Part shown: positions 49,219 through 58,245 of the stretch, in pieces
How positions within the stretch are numbered: the first letter of the stretch is position 1
How the letters are laid out: every line of letters starts with the position of its first letter
Origin: Thermodesulfobacteriota bacterium
GTDB lineage: Bacteria > Desulfobacterota_D > UBA1144 > Nemesobacterales > UBA2774
Direction of reading: 5' to 3'
Assembly (NCBI GenBank): GCA_965216785.1
Contig: OZ244197.1
Span: forward strand, 1,472,001 to 1,536,000
Length of the DNA stretch: 64,000 nt
The notes under the pieces: generated by a model
The model's input: only the letters and a program-made list of their open reading frames with translations
Databases searched by the model: none
Told to the model about the DNA's origin: nothing
Position numbers and translations under genes: made by a program

Positions 49219-51739
49219 CTTCCTCTCCTTTAACGTCATTATTTTTATTGCTTGGGAGCTCTATTGTAAATACCGTGCCTTTCCCCTTTTCGCTCCGGAC
49301 GATTATCCTACCCTGGTGCTCTTCTATTATCTTATAGGCAATCGATAATCCGAGCCCTGTTCCCATGTCTTTCTTTGTGAAAAACGGGTCAAATATTTTG
49401 CTCAGGTCTTCCTCTTCTATACCCAAGCCCGTGTCTTTGAAGCTCACATATACATTTTCAGTTTCTTGGTTAATCAACATATTTTTTTCCCAACCGGTCT
49501 CTATCGTTAGGTCACCACCCTCGGGCATTGCCTGTATAGCGTTTACTATGATGTTAATAAACACCTGCCACAGCTGGTTAGAATCGGCCATTATGTCCGG
49601 TACGTCTTCTTTTAAATTCTTGATAAGGTTCACGTTGTTATCCGAGAGCTGTTTTCTAATTAGTACTACTACGTTATCAACTACGTTATTTACGTTTACC
49701 TTTTCAAAATGGGGCGGCTCTGCCTTTGAAAACTTAAGCAGGCTGTCGATAAGGGTGTTTGTTCTTTCTATTTCGTGCTTTATGTAATCCAGATACTCCC
49801 CGACTACTTCTTCGTTTTCATCGTTTGTCAGATAGGTGGAGAGGTAGTATCTCGCCCCCTCGATAATGTTGAGCGGATTGCGAATCTCGTGAGCCACTCC
49901 CGCGGCAAGCTGGCCGATGGCAGACATTTTTTCCGCATGAACCAATTGATCCTGAGTGTCTTTTAGCTCGGTGTTTGCAAGCTCGAGTTTTTTCGCATAG
50001 TCCTCGACAAGCTTGAATGCGAGCGCGTTTTCTACTGCGATTGCGCTCTGGTTTGCAAGCAAGCGGAGCAGCGTGATATCCATAGTCGTATAAGTGAGTC
50101 CCGATTTTTTATCTCCCAGAGCAATGAACCCGATCAGCTGCTTCTTAAAGAACAGCGGCATTATTAGAGAAGCGTCAAATCTCTTAAACTCGTTCATAAG
50201 CTCCTCTGATCGGTTTATGTATTTCTCGTCGGCTATGAGGTCTTCTTTGAATATCTCTTTTTTATACCTGTTGAAGCTCTCAACAAGAACGTTTGTGCTT
50301 TCTATATTTTTATTCCCTTGTATATCTGTATTATCGCTGCTGTAGTAAGCCTCATAGATCCCAGTGTCTTCGTTATAAATTGCGACAGTTACCGGGCTTG
50401 AGAACATAGTGCTCTCGATCACGCTGATGATCTTGTCTATGATCATATCTATACTCAGAAGAGAAGTCATAGCGTAGCTCACTTCCTCTACCGTTCTTCT
50501 GTAGTCATATTTCTTTCTAAAAAACGTTAGGTCCACAATTTCCTGTATACGGTTTTTAAGCGGATTAAGCGCAAGTACCAAGAAGCTGCTCATGATCAGG
50601 AAGAAAGCCGGGTTCTTCCAGCCGCCGTGCTGTGCGTAGGCCATGTTAAAGGTTAGGACCATAAGAGCGAACACTGCGCCCACTGTTCCGGTTAGCAGTC
50701 CGTAAGTGATCGTTTTCTGTATGATTACATCAATATCGAAGAGTTTATGCTTGACGATGGCATAACCAATCGATAGGGGAAACAGTATTACTGGCAGGGC
50801 CATTAAATTAAAAGGTATGTTTAACTTGAAAATTGTAATGCCTACAGCCGCCGCGGCGGGAATTATCAGACCCAGTAAGCAACCTAAGAAAATAATCTGA
50901 GCTCTTTGCTTCTCTAAGGATGATTGTGAACGAAGGAATGTGAATAAAGACGAAAGAGGGAATATTGCGGCGCTTAATAGTAGATATATCCAGATAGAAA
51001 TATAAAGGATTTTCCATGTGCTGTAGGAATCGAAGAAAATCATTATAAGAGCGTAGATAGCCAGTGATAATATTAGAAACGGCAGCGTTGCGAAGTATCG
51101 GGATTTTTCTTTTATCTTAGTATCCGAAGGGAAGATGAACATCAGGTAAATCCCAAACATAGGGCTGAAAATCATCGCGAAAAATGTAATTTTGTCAAAG
51201 TAGTATGTAGCCTGCGCGTCAAATGAACCCACAAACCATATGCCAAGCGCAGTGCAGAAGAGGAAAAACGCTTTACTGGCTAAATCATCGGGCTTTATGT
51301 AAATTACAAAAACGCCGATTGTAAAAAATACTACCCCGATTAGATAAATGACCCCGAAGACAAGAAGCAGGTCTTTAGCAGAGAGTTTCTGTACTGGTAT
51401 TGTAATGTCGAAGAAGCGGTTGTTTCTCTCGATCGTATAATCAACTTTTTCACCGACTGATAGCGTACCGATAATATTTTCAATATCCACAGGAGCGGAT
51501 ACTTCCTGACCGTTGATTAGTATTACTTTGTCACTGAACCTTTTTAGCTTATCGCCGTTTACGGTCGAGGGGGCGATATCAGTGATAACCAGGTTGTCGT
51601 AGAAGAAAAACCCCGGGTATGTTTTGTCTACCCACTTGAGCCCAAGTATGAAATTGGCTATACAAAAGCTAAGCAGCACTACTACTACGATGCCGAATAG
51701 GGGTCTAGAAAAATTTTCAGAATTCTGCTCGAACGTCAT
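49205..51739 (-). CDS. Membrane sensor histidine kinase: TM, PDZ-like domain, ~9 TM, GAF, HisKA, HATPase
   Basis: DKVILINGQEV...GEKVDYTIER (PDZ-like); about ten hydrophobic helices in total; LGDKKSG..Y...D...LANQSAIAVEN (GAF); AHEIRNPL; NIIVNAIQAM; DTGLG; GTGLGL. Confidence 0.9.
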   Translation of the reverse strand: MTFEQNSENFSRPLFGIVVVVLLSFCIANFILGLKWVDKTYPGFFFYDNLVITDIAPSTVNGDKLKRFSDKVILINGQEVSAPVDIENIIGTLSVGEKVDYTIERNNRFFDITIPVQKLSAKDLLLVFGVIYLIGVVFFTIGVFVIYIKPDDLASKAFFLFCTALGIWFVGSFDAQATYYFDKITFFAMIFSPMFGIYLMFIFPSDTKIKEKSRYFATLPFLILSLAIYALIMIFFDSYSTWKILYISIWIYLLLSAAIFPLSSLFTFLRSQSSLEKQRAQIIFLGCLLGLIIPAAAAVGITIFKLNIPFNLMALPVILFPLSIGYAIVKHKLFDIDVIIQKTITYGLLTGTVGAVFALMVLTFNMAYAQHGGWKNPAFFLIMSSFLVLALNPLKNRIQEIVDLTFFRKKYDYRRTVEEVSYAMTSLLSIDMIIDKIISVIESTMFSSPVTVAIYNEDTGIYEAYYSSDNTDIQGNKNIESTNVLVESFNRYKKEIFKEDLIADEKYINRSEELMNEFKRFDASLIMPLFFKKQLIGFIALGDKKSGLTYTTMDITLLRLLANQSAIAVENALAFKLVEDYAKKLELANTELKDTQDQLVHAEKMSAIGQLAAGVAHEIRNPLNIIEGARYYLSTYLTNDENEEVVGEYLDYIKHEIERTNTLIDSLLKFSKAEPPHFEKVNVNNVVDNVVVLIRKQLSDNNVNLIKNLKEDVPDIMADSNQLWQVFINIIVNAIQAMPEGGDLTIETGWEKNMLINQETENVYVSFKDTGLGIEEEDLSKIFDPFFTKKDMGTGLGLSIAYKIIEEHQGRIIVRSEKGKGTVFTIELPSNKNNDVKGEEDGQH

Positions 51740-51763
51740 TTTATTTTACTAACTGCTCCATTT

Positions 51764-54523
51764 TTAGCTAATAACCGGACTCTTGCTATAAATATCCCAG
51801 TCGGTATTAACCCTTGATCCTAATTTTTCGATAGCTCTTCTTGACGCTATGTTATCTTCCAAAATCCATGTCAATGCGGCCCTTTCGTATCCGTTATGTA
51901 TCATTGCTTCACATGCCCTGCCTAAAAGACAGGCTCCGAGCCCCTTTCCACGGAATGTCGGTGATGTACCGACAATAGTTACCGCTCCCTTGTGAATCTT
52001 TCTAAGCTCAAGCGGAATCTTGATAAGCTTGAGGAGTTTTGTCTCCCCCGCGAGATCTCTGAAGATGGCCGCATAGTCCGGGAACGCCCCTACAAACCCC
52101 ACGGGCTCGCCGCGCTGCTCCGCAATAAGCCAGAATTCGGGCTCAATCAGTGACTTGAAGTCCTCGGCGAACTCTAAGAGCTCTTCGTATTCAAGGGGGA
52201 CGTAACCCCATTGCTTGGCCAGTGAAGCATTGTACAGATCGGTGACAGTACGAACTTCCTCCGTCCACTTAGACTTATCGAGCGGTCTAATGCGGATATC
52301 GGACAAAGAGGGATTGTGAGCGTGTCCGTGTACAGTTTTGATATTCTCAGGAGATTTCAGGTCAAGTGTGTAATGCACAAGGTTTTTAATAGGCGTAAAT
52401 CCGGAGTTTTTGAAATACTCGTGGTAGTAGGGGTGAGTGTATATCTGGAGGAATGATGGTATGCCACCATAATTACTTGCAAGGAACCCTCCTCCGAACA
52501 GTCCGAACAGTCCGTTCACAGGGCCCCTTACTTCCTTACAGCCTTCAGAGTCCAAAAACTCACTTGCCTTTCCAAGTAGCAGCTCCACAGCCACACTTTT
52601 GTCGGGAAGCGCTTCAAAGAATCCTACAAATCCTGTTTTAGTATTGTGGTATCGGTTGAAATATTTGTCTACAAATGCGCTTACTGTGCCAACTAGCTTA
52701 CCATCTTCTTCAACGATGAACCTCTTGCCATAAACTTTTCTCTGGTAATAGTACTTGTTGCTGATTAGCTTTATCTGATCCTTGATTAGAAAATACGGTA
52801 CCCAGGCGGGGCAGTCTTTATAAACCTCCCAGGAAAATCTTACGGATTTTTCTATATCTTCTTTAGAGCTGATTTCTTTGACCGAGTATTTCTCTCCGTC
52901 CTCATAGTTAAATGTAAAGGGTTTATCTATAATCCCGTATTTTCTTCCCAACTTCTCAAATACTTCAAGAGTAGTATCCAAGTCTTCCTGAGTATGAGTG
53001 GCCATAACACTAACCCTGAAGCGCTCGTGTCCTTTGGGCACTGCCGGGTGAGGAATAGCGTTTGTGTATATGCCCTCTTCGTGCAAATTCCTGCTCATTT
53101 TTTTAAGGGTAAGCTCGTCACCAATCATGACGGGGATTATCGCGGTCTCGCTCTGCGCGGTATCAAACCCAAGGCTCTTAAGGTTTTCCCTCATATACCT
53201 TATGTTTCCCCAGAGGTTTTTATGGAGCTCTTTATCCGTTTGCATGACCTCTATGGCAGCAAGTGCCGAGGCTGCGACTGAAGGCGGGAAATTGGTGGAG
53301 AAGAAAAAAGAGCGCGTATAATATCTTAGGAAATTCACAACCTCTTTTGTTGAGGCTACGAACCCACCGACTGCCCCCAAAGACTTGCTGAGAGTGCCCA
53401 TGACGAGGTCGACTTCCCCGGGTTTCATTTGAAAGTAACTCGGTGTGCCGCTTCCCATCTCTCCGACGACGCCTGTTGCGTGTGCTTCATCGACCATTAT
53501 TTTGGCTCCGTACTCGTGAGCCACTTCCGTTAGCTGCGCCAGCGGAGCGATGTCTCCGTCCATACTGTAAACGCCGTCTATCAGTACAAGCTTGCCCTGG
53601 AAATTATCAATGTTTCTTTTTAGTACTCCCCTGAGGCTCTCTACGTCTGAGTGCTTGAATGTTCTGAAAGAGCCCGCGGAAAGAATGCAGCCGTCTATGA
53701 TGCTCGCGTGCGCGAGTCTGTCTATGGCTGCCAGGTCGCCGTTTCTTACCAGTGCTTGAATGCATCCGAGGTTTGTTACATACCCGCTAGGGAATACCAA
53801 AGCGTCTTCACAGCCTTTGAGCTCTGCAAGCCTCATCTCGAGCTTTCTGTGTATGTCGAATGAGCCTGCCAGAAGAGGTACCGAGCCCGCGCCGGCCCCG
53901 TATTTATCCATCATTTTCTGCGCGGCGCTGATGACTTTGGGATGGGCGGTCAGGCCTAGGTAATTGTTGCTGCCCATCATGACCATCTCTTTTTCTTCCC
54001 CGGTAAAATCATCCTCGATCATAACCCTGTTAGAGGACATGGACGTAAGCGGTCTTCTGTATCTGATATAGCCCTTCTCCGTCATATCGGTGCGATACTC
54101 CCAGAACACGTCTGCTTTCTTAAAAATGTCGGGGTCCGGATAGTCAGGGAAATCGGCTAGAGAGTAGTTGTCGGAATTGAGCTTGTTAGAGCCTGACTGA
54201 AGATATTTTTTTATTTTAGATCTGTCGGATTTGGAAATATTTACAAACTTAATACCGAGTCCAATCTGCTCTGAATCGCTCTTTACGGAGTGCACAGCTT
54301 CACAATATACTTTAACAGGGAAAGAGGATTCAGAGAGGTCCAGCTCTAAAAAGAGTTTAGAGCCCGGCTTATAGAGCTCTTGGGTCTCAACAAACATCCC
54401 GTCTTCCGATAGGTCTGTTGCGATACCAAAAACTGTGCCGCTTCCCCGAAGCAGTACCTTGAAGCTTGCATGAGTTCTTTCGAATCTCCTGCGCTCGCCG
54501 CTTTTTTCAATTAAAATACCCAC
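51764..54523 (-). CDS. PilZ / alpha-oxoamine synthase (SPT-AONS-CqsA family) / YghO-bCerS-like GNAT triple fusion
   Basis: PilZ RRFER...DLSEDG; GSNNYLGL, HASIIDG, DGVYSMDGD, DEAH, GTLSKS (PLP Lys); GNAT part AWVP, GFVGFFEA, RGPVN, PYY, WGYVP, FRGKGLG, WILEDN; GGAGG RBS before GTG. Confidence 0.9.
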   Translation of the reverse strand: MGILIEKSGERRRFERTHASFKVLLRGSGTVFGIATDLSEDGMFVETQELYKPGSKLFLELDLSESSFPVKVYCEAVHSVKSDSEQIGLGIKFVNISKSDRSKIKKYLQSGSNKLNSDNYSLADFPDYPDPDIFKKADVFWEYRTDMTEKGYIRYRRPLTSMSSNRVMIEDDFTGEEKEMVMMGSNNYLGLTAHPKVISAAQKMMDKYGAGAGSVPLLAGSFDIHRKLEMRLAELKGCEDALVFPSGYVTNLGCIQALVRNGDLAAIDRLAHASIIDGCILSAGSFRTFKHSDVESLRGVLKRNIDNFQGKLVLIDGVYSMDGDIAPLAQLTEVAHEYGAKIMVDEAHATGVVGEMGSGTPSYFQMKPGEVDLVMGTLSKSLGAVGGFVASTKEVVNFLRYYTRSFFFSTNFPPSVAASALAAIEVMQTDKELHKNLWGNIRYMRENLKSLGFDTAQSETAIIPVMIGDELTLKKMSRNLHEEGIYTNAIPHPAVPKGHERFRVSVMATHTQEDLDTTLEVFEKLGRKYGIIDKPFTFNYEDGEKYSVKEISSKEDIEKSVRFSWEVYKDCPAWVPYFLIKDQIKLISNKYYYQRKVYGKRFIVEEDGKLVGTVSAFVDKYFNRYHNTKTGFVGFFEALPDKSVAVELLLGKASEFLDSEGCKEVRGPVNGLFGLFGGGFLASNYGGIPSFLQIYTHPYYHEYFKNSGFTPIKNLVHYTLDLKSPENIKTVHGHAHNPSLSDIRIRPLDKSKWTEEVRTVTDLYNASLAKQWGYVPLEYEELLEFAEDFKSLIEPEFWLIAEQRGEPVGFVGAFPDYAAIFRDLAGETKLLKLIKIPLELRKIHKGAVTIVGTSPTFRGKGLGACLLGRACEAMIHNGYERAALTWILEDNIASRRAIEKLGSRVNTDWDIYSKSPVIS

Positions 54524-54640
54524 AAGCGATCCTCCAAAAAAGCCGTCAACTTTTAGGGTCTTCTTTAATATACTTAATAAACTTCTTGATGCCTAGGCGA
54601 TAATTATCCTATAATATTGAATAAAATGCAAGCGGTTCGC

Positions 54641-54738
54641 TCTTCGGTAGCCCAACTACCATAGGCGAAAAATAATTTCGCCCTTAGGCTTGAAGCTTTG
54701 CGTCCTATCTTTTCAGATAGTTTGCCGTTTCGGAATGA
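54641..54738 (-). ncRNA. Cyclic di-GMP-I (GEMM) riboswitch
   Basis: Minus strand GGCAAA-CUAUCU-GAAA-AGAUAG-GACGCAAA-GCUUCAAG-CCUAAG-GGCGAAA(UUAUU)UUUCGCC-UAUGG-UAGUUGGGC-UACCGAA: GAAA tetraloop on P2, canonical 11-nt receptor in P3, conserved junctions. Confidence 0.93.
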
Positions 54739-54756
54739 CCTCATGACCCACTATAA

Positions 54757-54785
54757 AGTTTAGTGCAACTTTTAAATACGCGCAA
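54757..54785 (-). promoter_or_regulatory. Putative sigma70 promoter upstream of the riboswitch
   Basis: Minus strand TTGCGC (54785-54780)-N17-TAAACT (54762-54757), placing the start just 5' of the aptamer. Confidence 0.45.
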
Positions 54786-54916
54786 TATATAATTATGAAA
54801 TGATATAGATGATATAAGGTTGCAAAAAAAGGTATCAATGTTTAAGGGATAGTAAGCATGGATCGCCTTAATAAAGGGGGTATGTGTGTGAGTAATTTTT
54901 ACAAATTATTAAAGAG

Positions 54917-55987
54917 TTATATTCTCGCTATTTTTGACTGTAGAAGGTGATCGACGAGAACAAGGTTTACCATTGCTTCCGCGATCGGTACCGCTCTTGG
55001 GCAAAGGCACGGGTCGTGTCTTCCTTTCACTTTAAGCTCTTTAGGCTTACCTTTCTTATCTACCGTATGCTGCGTTTTGGATATCGAAGAAGTGGGTTTT
55101 ATGGCTATCCGTACTACGAGGTCCTCGCCGTTCGTTATGCCGCCGAGCATCCCCCCGGCGTTATTCGATTTAAAGCGTAGGTTCCCTTTCTTGTCTTTAT
55201 ACATTACGTCGTTTGATTCTGAGCCCTTCATCTCCGCTACATTAAATCCGAGTCCCACTTCAAAGCCTCTTATGCCGCCTAGGCTCATAAGCGCCGCAGC
55301 AAGGTCTGCGTCCATCTTATTAAACACAGGGCTCCCGAGCCCTGCGGGCAGTCCCGTGGACACAACCTCTACTGTGCCCCCGATCGAGTCCCCCTCTTTC
55401 CTGACTTGGTCAATCAGCGCTATCATCTCCTCGGCTTTCTTTTTGTCAGGGCACCGTACGATGTTTCTTTCAATTTCTCTGAAGCTTATTTTCTCTGCCA
55501 CTACGTGACCCACTTGCTTTACGTACCCGTAGGTTTTTATCCCTTCGCGGCCAAGTATCTTCTTGGCTATAGCACCTGCCGCGACTCTCCCCACGGTCTC
55601 GCGGTTTGACGATCTCCCGCCGCCCCTGTGGTCCCTGAACCCATACTTAGCGTCATAGGTGAAGTCCGCGTGCCCCGGGCGGTAAGTGTCCTTTATATCC
55701 TCATAGGATTTTGAGATGGCGTCAATGTTCTCTACCATAATAGAGATAGGCGTGCCTAAAGTTTTCCCTTCGAACACACCCGAGAGTATCCGGGCCTTGT
55801 CGGGCTCTTTTCTCTGGGTAGTGATCTTACTCTGCCCGGGGCGCCTTCTGTCAAGCTCGACCTGAATCTCCTCTTCAGAGATCTTTAGGCCTGCGGGACA
55901 GCCGTCCACGACGACTCCTACCGCCTTGCCGTGAGATTCTCCCCAGGTTGTTATACGGAAAATTGTGCCGAATGAATTGCCGGGCAT
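54917..55987 (-). CDS. aroC: Chorismate synthase
   Basis: [55 protein letters not shown]. Confidence 0.98.
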   Translation of the reverse strand: MPGNSFGTIFRITTWGESHGKAVGVVVDGCPAGLKISEEEIQVELDRRRPGQSKITTQRKEPDKARILSGVFEGKTLGTPISIMVENIDAISKSYEDIKDTYRPGHADFTYDAKYGFRDHRGGGRSSNRETVGRVAAGAIAKKILGREGIKTYGYVKQVGHVVAEKISFREIERNIVRCPDKKKAEEMIALIDQVRKEGDSIGGTVEVVSTGLPAGLGSPVFNKMDADLAAALMSLGGIRGFEVGLGFNVAEMKGSESNDVMYKDKKGNLRFKSNNAGGMLGGITNGEDLVVRIAIKPTSSISKTQHTVDKKGKPKELKVKGRHDPCLCPRAVPIAEAMVNLVLVDHLLQSKIARI

Positions 55988-56119
55988 GAGGAAGATTTTA
56001 TATTAAGGAATATTGCCTTGCAAATCCTGAGCCCAATAATAGAGAAAAACCTAAGAATTTTTAAGCCCCTGAAGGTGCGATATTGAGAAGCCTGCATACC
56101 GGGGTATATTGTTAGGGCT

Positions 56120-56776
56120 ATGACAGAGAAAATCGTTCTAGAGCTTGAAGATCTACTTAAAGACAGAGAATTTGAGGAAGGCGAGAAAAGACTAAAAGAG
56201 GCGCTAGAGATCGCCGAGAGAGAGTGGGGGAAGCTCGCTCTCTCGCTTGAGCTTGCGGGGGATATCGGGGAGTTTCGTAAAGAGGATTTTATGATCGGGG
56301 TGATCGAAGAGGACGTTATTATACGCAAGCCCCTTACGAGCCCGACTAAGTCGGTCTCGGTTTACGACCCGACATTTTACCCCATGTACTTTGTCGAAAA
56401 CCTGCTCACTATGGACGAAAGACTCGCAGGCACGGGGTACAGAACGACCCAGGCCCTATACGTCTATATAGAGCTTGCAACCAGGGCAGCAGAGAGGCTA
56501 GGGCTAACGGGCTCTTTCGCCATGTCTTTCGGCTCGGGCTACGCTCACGTGCGCACAGGCTGGATCGCCGAGAAGGGATATCCTGTAGAAAGGGGTATAT
56601 TCGAGAAGATGTTCTTCATGGATAGGAAAAAGCACTATGAATGGGATTTTCACTGGACCTCGGTAAGGGAAAAATTAAAGGAAATTCTTGATAAATGGAG
56701 CGCGTGGCAGTCAGATGAAAAACTGTTCCTTAAAGAAGTGAAATCACCCGCTATCGTAAGACCTATGCTGGTCTGA
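56120..56776 (+). CDS. Hypothetical protein
   Basis: 218-aa ORF filling the aroC-dnaB gap; no motif recognised. Confidence 0.75.
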   Translation: MTEKIVLELEDLLKDREFEEGEKRLKEALEIAEREWGKLALSLELAGDIGEFRKEDFMIGVIEEDVIIRKPLTSPTKSVSVYDPTFYPMYFVENLLTMDERLAGTGYRTTQALYVYIELATRAAERLGLTGSFAMSFGSGYAHVRTGWIAEKGYPVERGIFEKMFFMDRKKHYEWDFHWTSVREKLKEILDKWSAWQSDEKLFLKEVKSPAIVRPMLV

Positions 56777-56818
56777 TTCCCGAAATATTGATATAAACTA
56801 ATTTAGGTGGCAGCGGTT

Positions 56819-58174
56819 TTATAGAATGTCGTCTTCGTATTCTTCGGCCAGGTTCTCAAAACTGGGAACGCCGTGCTGCTCGAGGAACGCAAGGCTAACA
56901 GTACCCGTAGGGCCGTTCCTCTGCTTTCCGATAATAAGCTCTGCAAGACCGTCTTTTTCTTCGGCGTTTTTCTTGTAGGCGTCTGCTCTGTGTATGAACA
57001 TAACGACGTCCGCGTCCTGCTCTATTGCGCCGCTCTCTCTTAAGTCCGCAAGCTGGGGTCTTCTGTCGGAGCGTGCCTCGGTCTGTCTGGATAGCTGAGA
57101 GACTGCTATGACAGGGACGCTGAGCTCCTTTGCAAGAGCTTTGAGTGAGCCTGAGATTTCCGCAATTTCCCTTTCTCTTGACTCTGTTCTCCTGGAGCCC
57201 CTCATAAGCTGCAGATAATCCACTATGATGAGGTCAAGACCTTTATCTCGCTTTTGTCTTCGCGCTTTGGCTCGTATTTCCAGTACCGTGATTGCCGGGG
57301 TGTCGTCTATAAATATTTTTGCCTGGCTGAATTCGTCTGCGGCGTGAACAAGTTTTTCAAGGTCTTCATCCTTAATATAGCCGCTCCTTATACCGGAGAA
57401 GCTGACTTTGGCTTTATTTGAGAGCATCCTGAGCATTAGCTGTTCTTTTGTCATCTCGAGAGAGAATATTCCTACCGCAAACCCGTGATCAATAGCCGCG
57501 TGGGTTGCAAGGTTAAGACAAAACGAGGTTTTCCCCAGCCCCGGTCGCGCCGCAATAATTATAAGATCAGAGTCCTGAAGTCCCGAGGTCATTCTGTCCA
57601 GCTTTTCAAAACCCGTGGCAATTCCCGTTACGAGCTCTTTTCTCTGATGGAGCGCCTCTATTATCTCAAGCGCGCTTCCGGCAAGCTCTCTAGTGCCGTA
57701 AAAACTCGGCTTTATCTTGTTCTGGGCAATGTCCATTATCCGGTGCTCTGCGTGGTCGATGAACTCATCAATGTCCACATTGCCCTCGTTGCCTTTGTGC
57801 GCTATATCGGTCGCGGTCATAACGAGGTTCCTGAGGATGCTGGACTCTTTTACGAGCTTTGCATAATAGCCGACGTTTTCGGTAGCCGGGACAAGCTCGG
57901 TTAGGTAGGTGAGGTAGCTTGATTCGCCGACCTCTTCCATCAGATTGCCTTCTGCCTTTAAGTGGTCAAAGAGTGTGAGGAGGTCGATAGGCTTATTTTC
58001 TTTGTCCAGATCGATCATAGCGTTATAGATCTTTCTGTGCGCGTCCTTATAGAAATCCTCAGGTATCAGGATTTCGAGCACCTGGTTCATTGTGGTGCTC
58101 TCTATAAGTATCGCACCAAGCACTGCCTGCTCGGCTTCTATATTTTGAGGGAGCGGTCGGGTAAGCATCTCCAT
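56819..58174 (-). CDS. dnaB: Replicative DNA helicase
   Basis: PQNIEAEQAVLG, AARPGLGKT, FSLEM, VDYLQL, SQLSR, DLRESGAIEQDAD, KQRNGPTG; no intein. Confidence 0.98.
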   Translation of the reverse strand: MEMLTRPLPQNIEAEQAVLGAILIESTTMNQVLEILIPEDFYKDAHRKIYNAMIDLDKENKPIDLLTLFDHLKAEGNLMEEVGESSYLTYLTELVPATENVGYYAKLVKESSILRNLVMTATDIAHKGNEGNVDIDEFIDHAEHRIMDIAQNKIKPSFYGTRELAGSALEIIEALHQRKELVTGIATGFEKLDRMTSGLQDSDLIIIAARPGLGKTSFCLNLATHAAIDHGFAVGIFSLEMTKEQLMLRMLSNKAKVSFSGIRSGYIKDEDLEKLVHAADEFSQAKIFIDDTPAITVLEIRAKARRQKRDKGLDLIIVDYLQLMRGSRRTESREREIAEISGSLKALAKELSVPVIAVSQLSRQTEARSDRRPQLADLRESGAIEQDADVVMFIHRADAYKKNAEEKDGLAELIIGKQRNGPTGTVSLAFLEQHGVPSFENLAEEYEDDIL

Positions 58175-58245
58175 GGCATTTAATATTAAATCAAATCTCC
58201 TACTGTTCCAATAACGTGACTAAAAATAAGACTCTCATTCAGAGA

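Noticed and set aside
51764-54523. Annotation as plain bioF or kbl
   Set aside because: No biotin or threonine-catabolism neighbours; the PilZ and GNAT fusion, riboswitch and kinase context are unexplained by those roles, although phylogeny is still needed to exclude them
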